64,000 nt of DNA, from NCBI GenBank assembly GCA_010093745.1, contig MU006027.1, forward strand, positions 1 to 64,000. The letters are read 5' to 3'. The notes below the pieces were generated by a model that worked only from the letters and a program-made list of their open reading frames with translations, did no database searches and was not told the DNA's origin. The stretch comes from Piedraia hortae CBS 480.64. Lineage: Eukaryota. Shown here piece by piece: positions 58,601 to 64,000 of the stretch (position 1 is its first letter; each line of letters begins with the position of its first letter). The position numbers were made by a program, and so were the translations under genes.

Positions 58601-59208
58601 CGGTGTTATTGCCTACGCAGTACAGCAAGCCGTCTTGGCATCAGGAGAGCAAGTGGAAAAGCTTTTGCTGCTTGATGCTCCTTGCCCAGTCAATCTGGAT
58701 CCACTGCCTACACGCCTGCATATCTTCTTCAACGAGATCGGCCTCTTGGGAACCGGAGATCCAAGCAAGACACCCAAGTGGCTTTTGCCTCACTTCGCTG
58801 CTGCCGTTCGATCCCTCTCAGATTATGATCCAAAGCCTTCGATTGCACCTGTTCCAACGTAAGTGCACTCACCTCTGCCGTGTTCTCTGCTGACATTGAT
58901 AGGTTCGCTATTTGGGCGCGCCAGGGCGTGGCCGGTGACCCTTCAGATCCGCGACCTCCCCCGGCTGAAGATGAGGACCCGGCTCCCATGAAGTGGCTGC
59001 TAAATCACCGGACCGACTTTGGCGATAACGGCTGGGCGCAACTGTGCGGATTGGAGAACATGAAATTTGGTGTCATGGTAAGTGTTTTCATCACCATTTG
59101 ATTCTTGGCTAATTTTCCTAGGGTGGTCATCACTTCAGCATGATGAAGGATCCCCATGCAACAGATTTGGGAAGGTTAATACGACAAGGTATTGACTGGC
59201 AGCCATGA
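52635..59208 (+). CDS. PKS1: Non-reducing PKS for DHN melanin (SAT-KS-AT-PT-ACP-ACP-TE)
   Basis: SAT GLCTG, KS DTACSSS and EMHGTGT, AT GHSLG, PT CGHMVN, ACPs GVDSL and GMDSL, TE GWSAG..GHHFSMM; introns 58859-58902 and 59078-59121. Confidence 0.96.
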
Positions 59209-59489
59209 GGCTATCTGTAAAAATTGCATTTGGGCGTTGGCGTTTGGTGATAGAGATGTGAATATCTAATAATGCGCGTAGGGTGGCTCCCTGCGCGTGT
59301 ATAGACGTAACGAGTTTCGATCATGTTGTGCATACCAAAGTGCAGAAGCAGAACCTGGTGCTGACTCAGCAAAAGCACTCTCATTCAGGCGAATGCGTGA
59401 CTGACATCACGGCGGAACAATGCCCGAGGAGGACCCGTACTTTCTTTCGTTTCTACATCTGCTCAACAACGTATGCTGAAATTGGTAGA

Positions 59490-60091
59490 ATGGCCAACCC
59501 ACGTGGCATCCCCGTGGCGCCTTTTGTAGACAAGATTGAAGATTACGTTTCTTCGCGCGATGAAGTGGAACCATGCCTTCGCCGTTTTGCCGAAATGATA
59601 TCGTCTGTTTGTTTTTGAAAGCACCAAATTCTCACTAATACAAGCTAGAAAGTATCGTTTTATGCAGACAAACACGGAGCAACGAGCATTGAGGTTGAAG
59701 GACAAGCTGCCCGACATCCAGAAAACACTGGATACTGTTCAGTTCTTGCAAAAGGAGCACGAGACCCTGGAAACAGTGTTTGAGCTCAACGACACGCTCT
59801 ATGCAAAGGCAGGATTTGACCCTCCCAAGGAGGTTTATCTTTGGCTTGGCGCGAACGTTATGCTTTCGTATCCTCTTCATGAAGCTGCGGAACTGTTGAC
59901 CTCGAAGCGAGATGCAGCTAGACAGGCACTCAAGGACTGCGAAGAGGATCTTGATTTCTTGAGAGAGCAAATAACTGTACGGTATTGCCGTATCAACGTC
60001 AATGCAAGCTGACTTGGAGCAGACAATGGAAGTCGCCACTGCACGAGTGTATAACTGGGATGTTGGACAGCGCAGAAAAGAAAAAAATTGA
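59490..60091 (+). CDS. PAC10: Prefoldin subunit 3
   Basis: NPRGIPVAPFVD, FELNDTLYAKA, VYLWLGANVML, DLDFLREQIT|TMEVATARVYNWDV; introns 59603-59648 and 59977-60022. Confidence 0.95.
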
Positions 60092-60331
60092 AGACTTGAG
60101 ACGGAAACGAGCAGTTTGAGTCCAAGTCAAGCCACTTAGATGCTGCACAGGAGAAATGAAGCCAGCGTGTTAACGATATTACACTTATTCTGAGTCCGCA
60201 TGCCCTGTCGCTCTCGTACATAAGTGGTCGAGCAGTAGCCGCTCCCAAGGACCATCGGTTGAACAAGAGCAGGAATCGTCTATGCCAAACTCGACAACGG
60301 AAGTGAAGTGCAATTTATACCGCACGACACG

Positions 60332-61339
60332 CTATTCAAACGCCTTCCATCCATAAAGCTGTCCAAACCATTTTCTGGCCAAACGTGTCCCAGCTTCAGT
60401 AGGCTGACTGAACGCTACGTCATCCTTCGTTAACGGCTTTGTAGATGCGAGCGCCGTATCGAGAAGGCTACTGGCAATACCCTCACAACGACATCGAGGA
60501 GATGTCCATATACGTGCGATCCCCAAGCGAGCAGGAACAGGAACCGAGGAGACAAGCAATGGTTGTGATGTAGCCTGAGCCTCGGCTTCCGCCGCAGCCA
60601 ACCTGCGCAGCTTTAACGCCTCAACGGCCGACACACTGTGGTGCAGAATAGGCTTCGTGGGATTCACTTGAGGTTTTAATACTAATCGCGCCTCTGAGAG
60701 GCCGACTGTAAGCGCGAACCCAACACATTTGGTCCCCCGCACATACAAATATGCCGTGAAATGCGGCCCCCGATCTTTGGATGAGGCCCAGAGTTGCTGA
60801 GCAGATATGGGAACGGCGCCTAGCTCGCGCTGCACGGATTCGAGTACTGACTGCACTTTTTTACGGCGGGTATGGTGATCCAGGTGAGTGATGGCGCAAA
60901 TCCAATCGCCCTCCAATACGCCAGGAAAGACCGTACCCAAGCGCGCCTTTCCTGCGAATTCCTTGCCCACATCATAGCCATCTACTGCCTGCTGATGATA
61001 ACGGTCGTGAAGCTTTCGATCTTCGGCCGATGAAGCCACGTATTCCATACCACAGGTCGGACATTGCTTCTGTATCGTCTGGCCCAAATTGATTTGCAAC
61101 TGCGTCAAGCGATCGCACGCCGACCTTTTCTTCGTCGGTCGCGCCGCATGTGTGACAGGAGTGGCACTTTTTCGCTTGCCCAGCACGGCAAATGCGCTTG
61201 GTGCAATGTATTTGTTGTTGGACTGCCTTTCCCCAGGATATGCCGGTGGTGAAGAGGGAGGGCTTAACGACCGCTGAGCGATATCCGAAAAAAGCTGAAT
61301 CTTCCCAACCGGCGAGGAAGACAGGTCAGACGAATCCAT
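60332..61339 (-). CDS. ECO1: Cohesin acetyltransferase Eco1
   Basis: PIP-like QLQINLG, zinc finger CPTCGMEY..EDRKLHDRYH, LGIARIWT, AFSQPTEAGTRLA. Confidence 0.93.
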   Translation of the reverse strand: MDSSDLSSSPVGKIQLFSDIAQRSLSPPSSPPAYPGERQSNNKYIAPSAFAVLGKRKSATPVTHAARPTKKRSACDRLTQLQINLGQTIQKQCPTCGMEYVASSAEDRKLHDRYHQQAVDGYDVGKEFAGKARLGTVFPGVLEGDWICAITHLDHHTRRKKVQSVLESVQRELGAVPISAQQLWASSKDRGPHFTAYLYVRGTKCVGFALTVGLSEARLVLKPQVNPTKPILHHSVSAVEALKLRRLAAAEAEAQATSQPLLVSSVPVPARLGIARIWTSPRCRCEGIASSLLDTALASTKPLTKDDVAFSQPTEAGTRLARKWFGQLYGWKAFE

Positions 61340-61397
61340 GTGCAGAATAGTGTAGACGTTGTCGAGCTGGTGGCCGGAAAAGGCGCGTCATTCCTAC

Positions 61398-61425
61398 ACG
61401 CGACGCTATGCGACGCGTAACGCGT
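61398..61425. promoter_or_regulatory. MCB (ACGCGT) elements upstream of ECO1
   Basis: ACGCGT at 61413-61418 and 61420-61425; ACGCGA at 61398. Confidence 0.55.
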
Positions 61426-61953
61426 AATTTTAGCGGCGCGACGGACCGTTCCGTACAACCTCACACCATGAAATACATTTCATTGTCGTTCATGGCTAAG
61501 GACTAACAGCTCTATTTCGCTGACGCGTGAAGGAGATTCCAATTCCATGCATCTTCTGTATACTCAGCCTGATCTCCTCCCTTGGCCTCAATATATCCGA
61601 CCCACTTGTCATTGATACTTGCTCCAATCATACAGCATCATTTCACCGTCTCCCATATCATGTCGCAAACAAAAAACATCCAGGACCTTTGTAAACAAAG
61701 TTTCGTCGAGTGCTTTTTTCGACGCGTATCAGTATTATACAATGGCAAGTTTGCTAATGAAGTCACCATGACGATGGACTGTTTTTCCCCCAAAGCAGAA
61801 GGTGCGCTCCAGTTCTTGACTGTCCCGGCAACCGCCGCGCAATTGACGATAAAATCTCTTTGAATCCTTCTCAGCTTCTCCCAACTTGCACACTCACCGC
61901 ACTCACCCTTTACCTTCGTTCACAGACACAAACCCGTCATTAACGCCTTCATA

Positions 61954-63116
61954 ATGAAGTTCACTGTCGTGCTCGCTGCTGCTGTTGCTAGCGGCATGGT
62001 CTCAGCTCGTGAGTTGGACAGCAAAGATGGTTGGACTTGCTTACAAGATGCAGAGGCCTCCCAAAATGCAACTGTTGACGTTGTCATCGTCAGTCACATC
62101 CCAGCCATTTCGTACTCGACTGTGTACAGTACAAGCGAGGTGACTGTCACACAATGCCCGTCTACAATGACGGACTGTCCAAACGACGCACCAATTTCGA
62201 CCATCACCTCCATCATTCCGGTCTCGACGACGATCTGTCCCATTACCTTAACCGCAATCACGACCTCTCATGCATCTCCAATGCTTAACCTTTCAAGCGC
62301 TGCTCCTGGCCTCACTAGTGACCTCGACTCGATGCCGACCGAGACAATTACACGCAGCGCTTCGGAGACGCTGACGATCTTTTCTGCTTCCAGATTGACC
62401 ACCAGTTTGACTTTGACCTCATTGAACACATGGTCGATCCCTGCGCCCGTGAGCACGCCGGCCATGACACCAAGGTTGGGGAACATGTCAACTGCTGCGT
62501 CTTTTTCTACGGGTCAGGCTGCTGGATTCTCAACTGCGGTCCCCGCGTCATCAGAGATGTCGACTACAAGCCCTACAACCCCACACAATGTCACGATGAA
62601 TCCCTTTACAACGTCCACTGTGGCTACGGGACCCAATTTGCCCACACTGTCAACCGAGGCTGAAGTACATCCAACACCAATGACCACGAGTGGAAATATG
62701 GTGTCGACAGCAAGCATTAATAACACTTCAAACGAAAGCATGGTCGTCTCTTCTACAGTTGCCCCGGTACTTGGCACAAATACTGCATCAACGACTACTG
62801 TGCGTGTAAGCGGTTCTATTATTTAGTACTAGGCTAACATTGACAGTTTTACGGCAGCACGCTCTACTCGTACCAGCCAGGTTCGAGTAACATCATGTAC
62901 TCTTACCAGCCAGTTCAAAGCACGGCAAACGCTGGGGCAATCGGAGGTCCTGGATCGCCTGCTGGAACAACTCCCAGCCCAACGGGAGACAGCGGGCGCA
63001 ATGGGACTGTAGCGACGACTTTGCAACCGCAACCGTTTACTGGTGGCGCGAAGGGGTTGGGCACTAGTTTACTTGGAGGCATTGCCGGGGGGTTGATACT
63101 GTTGTTTGCGTTTTGA
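61954..63116 (+). CDS. Secreted Ser/Thr-rich, probably GPI-anchored cell-wall protein
   Basis: Signal peptide MKFTVVLAAAVASGMVSA; TVTQCP..CP..STTICP motif; intron 62800/62806-62846; C-terminal FTGGA followed by a hydrophobic tail. Confidence 0.85.
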
Positions 63117-63308
63117 GGTGGTTGATTGTTTGGGAGACAAGTGCGAGTCTCGTATAGGTCACGATAAGTATGAGGTTGCTTCATGCTAATCTTCTCCATG
63201 ACATTGAAGGGTAATGAAGTTGCACTGGGCGTTGCGAGCGAAAAGGCAATGTGCCAGGCGAGAAGGACGAGAGCGTAATGAGTCAGGGTTTTCGTTGCTC
63301 GTAGGTTA

Positions 63309-64000
63309 TTAAACACGACTCCACCTTCCTTCTTCTCGTACTACCCGTCCCTCGTTTTCAAGCTTTTCCAGCACCTGCGTCACGCCTCCTTCGGCAGCTG
63401 CATGAAGGTTTTTTGGATAATTGCGGTAGACGGTTCCTACAATCTCACCGCTTGTTTGGCGCTTGTTTGTGTCCAAAACTTGCAGGATTTGTTCCTCCCT
63501 CTCCCTACGGTGTGTAAGATACTCACGCACTTTGCCAGGTCCATCCTCGATAACTGAACCGTGGGCAGGGTAGGCGCGTCCGACGAATTGCTTCTCCAGT
63601 TTATTTAGACCACGCAAGTAGGCCACGAGATCTTCGAACACGGCCGTCCCGTGCCCTAAGACTGCGTCACCGGTGAACATGGCGTCTTCCTCTTCAAGCA
63701 TCAACGCCGTGTGATCGGCAGTGTGGCCTGGGCAATGTACGGCGCGCAGTGTTGCGCTTTGGGTCCGAAATACCTGGCCGTCTGTCATAGGCTTCCATGC
63801 TTTGGAACCATAAGGGGTGGCTGGGTCTGCGGGATACTTGAAAACGTCGGCTTCTGGCGACAATTCAAGCGCATCGGATACGCCGCCGACGTGGTCGGGA
63901 TGCCAATGAGTTAGGATGATTGTTCGCACTCGCGCGTGCTCGTCCTCCAGTAAAGACTGCAGTCGTTCTCGCCACTCTGACTTGCCTTCACCTGTGTCGA
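63309..64000 (-). CDS. Metallo-beta-lactamase-fold protein (LACTB2-like), 5' end outside the window
   Basis: THWHPDHVGG, PGHTADH, FTGDAVLGHGT, YPAHG; frame is open to the window edge. Confidence 0.9.
   Translation of the reverse strand, partial: DTGEGKSEWRERLQSLLEDEHARVRTIILTHWHPDHVGGVSDALELSPEADVFKYPADPATPYGSKAWKPMTDGQVFRTQSATLRAVHCPGHTADHTALMLEEEDAMFTGDAVLGHGTAVFEDLVAYLRGLNKLEKQFVGRAYPAHGSVIEDGPGKVREYLTHRREREEQILQVLDTNKRQTSGEIVGTVYRNYPKNLHAAAEGGVTQVLEKLENEGRVVREEGRWSRV

Noticed and set aside
52916..58989. Many long antisense or alternate-frame ORFs over PKS1 (also over SWI1, HPC2, HRD1 and the stress protein)
   Set aside because: Shadows of GC-rich codon usage and repeats; many begin at non-ATG codons and show no family motifs.
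1..64000. Transposons, CRISPR arrays, rRNA, TPP riboswitch, RIP-degraded AT-rich blocks
   Set aside because: No transposase or reverse-transcriptase motifs, terminal repeats, spaced repeats, TPP aptamer core or AT-rich islands were seen by eye.

Overview
Gene-dense, intron-poor genomic DNA of a filamentous ascomycete, most likely a Dothideomycete (inferred from the melanin PKS sequence and the reductase-CMR1-PKS1-prefoldin gene order). It holds about 32 intact protein genes, one tRNA-Ser(UGA), the DHN-melanin core cluster (3HNR, CMR1, PKS1) and three disrupted genes (a CDS1 copy, an FAD oxidoreductase, an LRR-like gene). The PalB calpain also looks eroded. Most introns are only about 39-55 nt and some divergent start codons are only 72-79 nt apart. 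Two introns are conspicuously long. The best lead is the 101-nt NEP1/EMG1 intron. It carries two copies of the known Nep1-binding motif UUCAAC, one in a perfect hairpin loop just before the branch point, and retaining the intron gives a stop exactly at the acceptor. This suggests a substrate-mimic autoregulatory element. Other leads are a multi-stem, pseudoknot-capable element at 22391-22495 and the structured 139-nt COA6 intron. All calls come from reading the sequence and from remembered family motifs; no searches were run.
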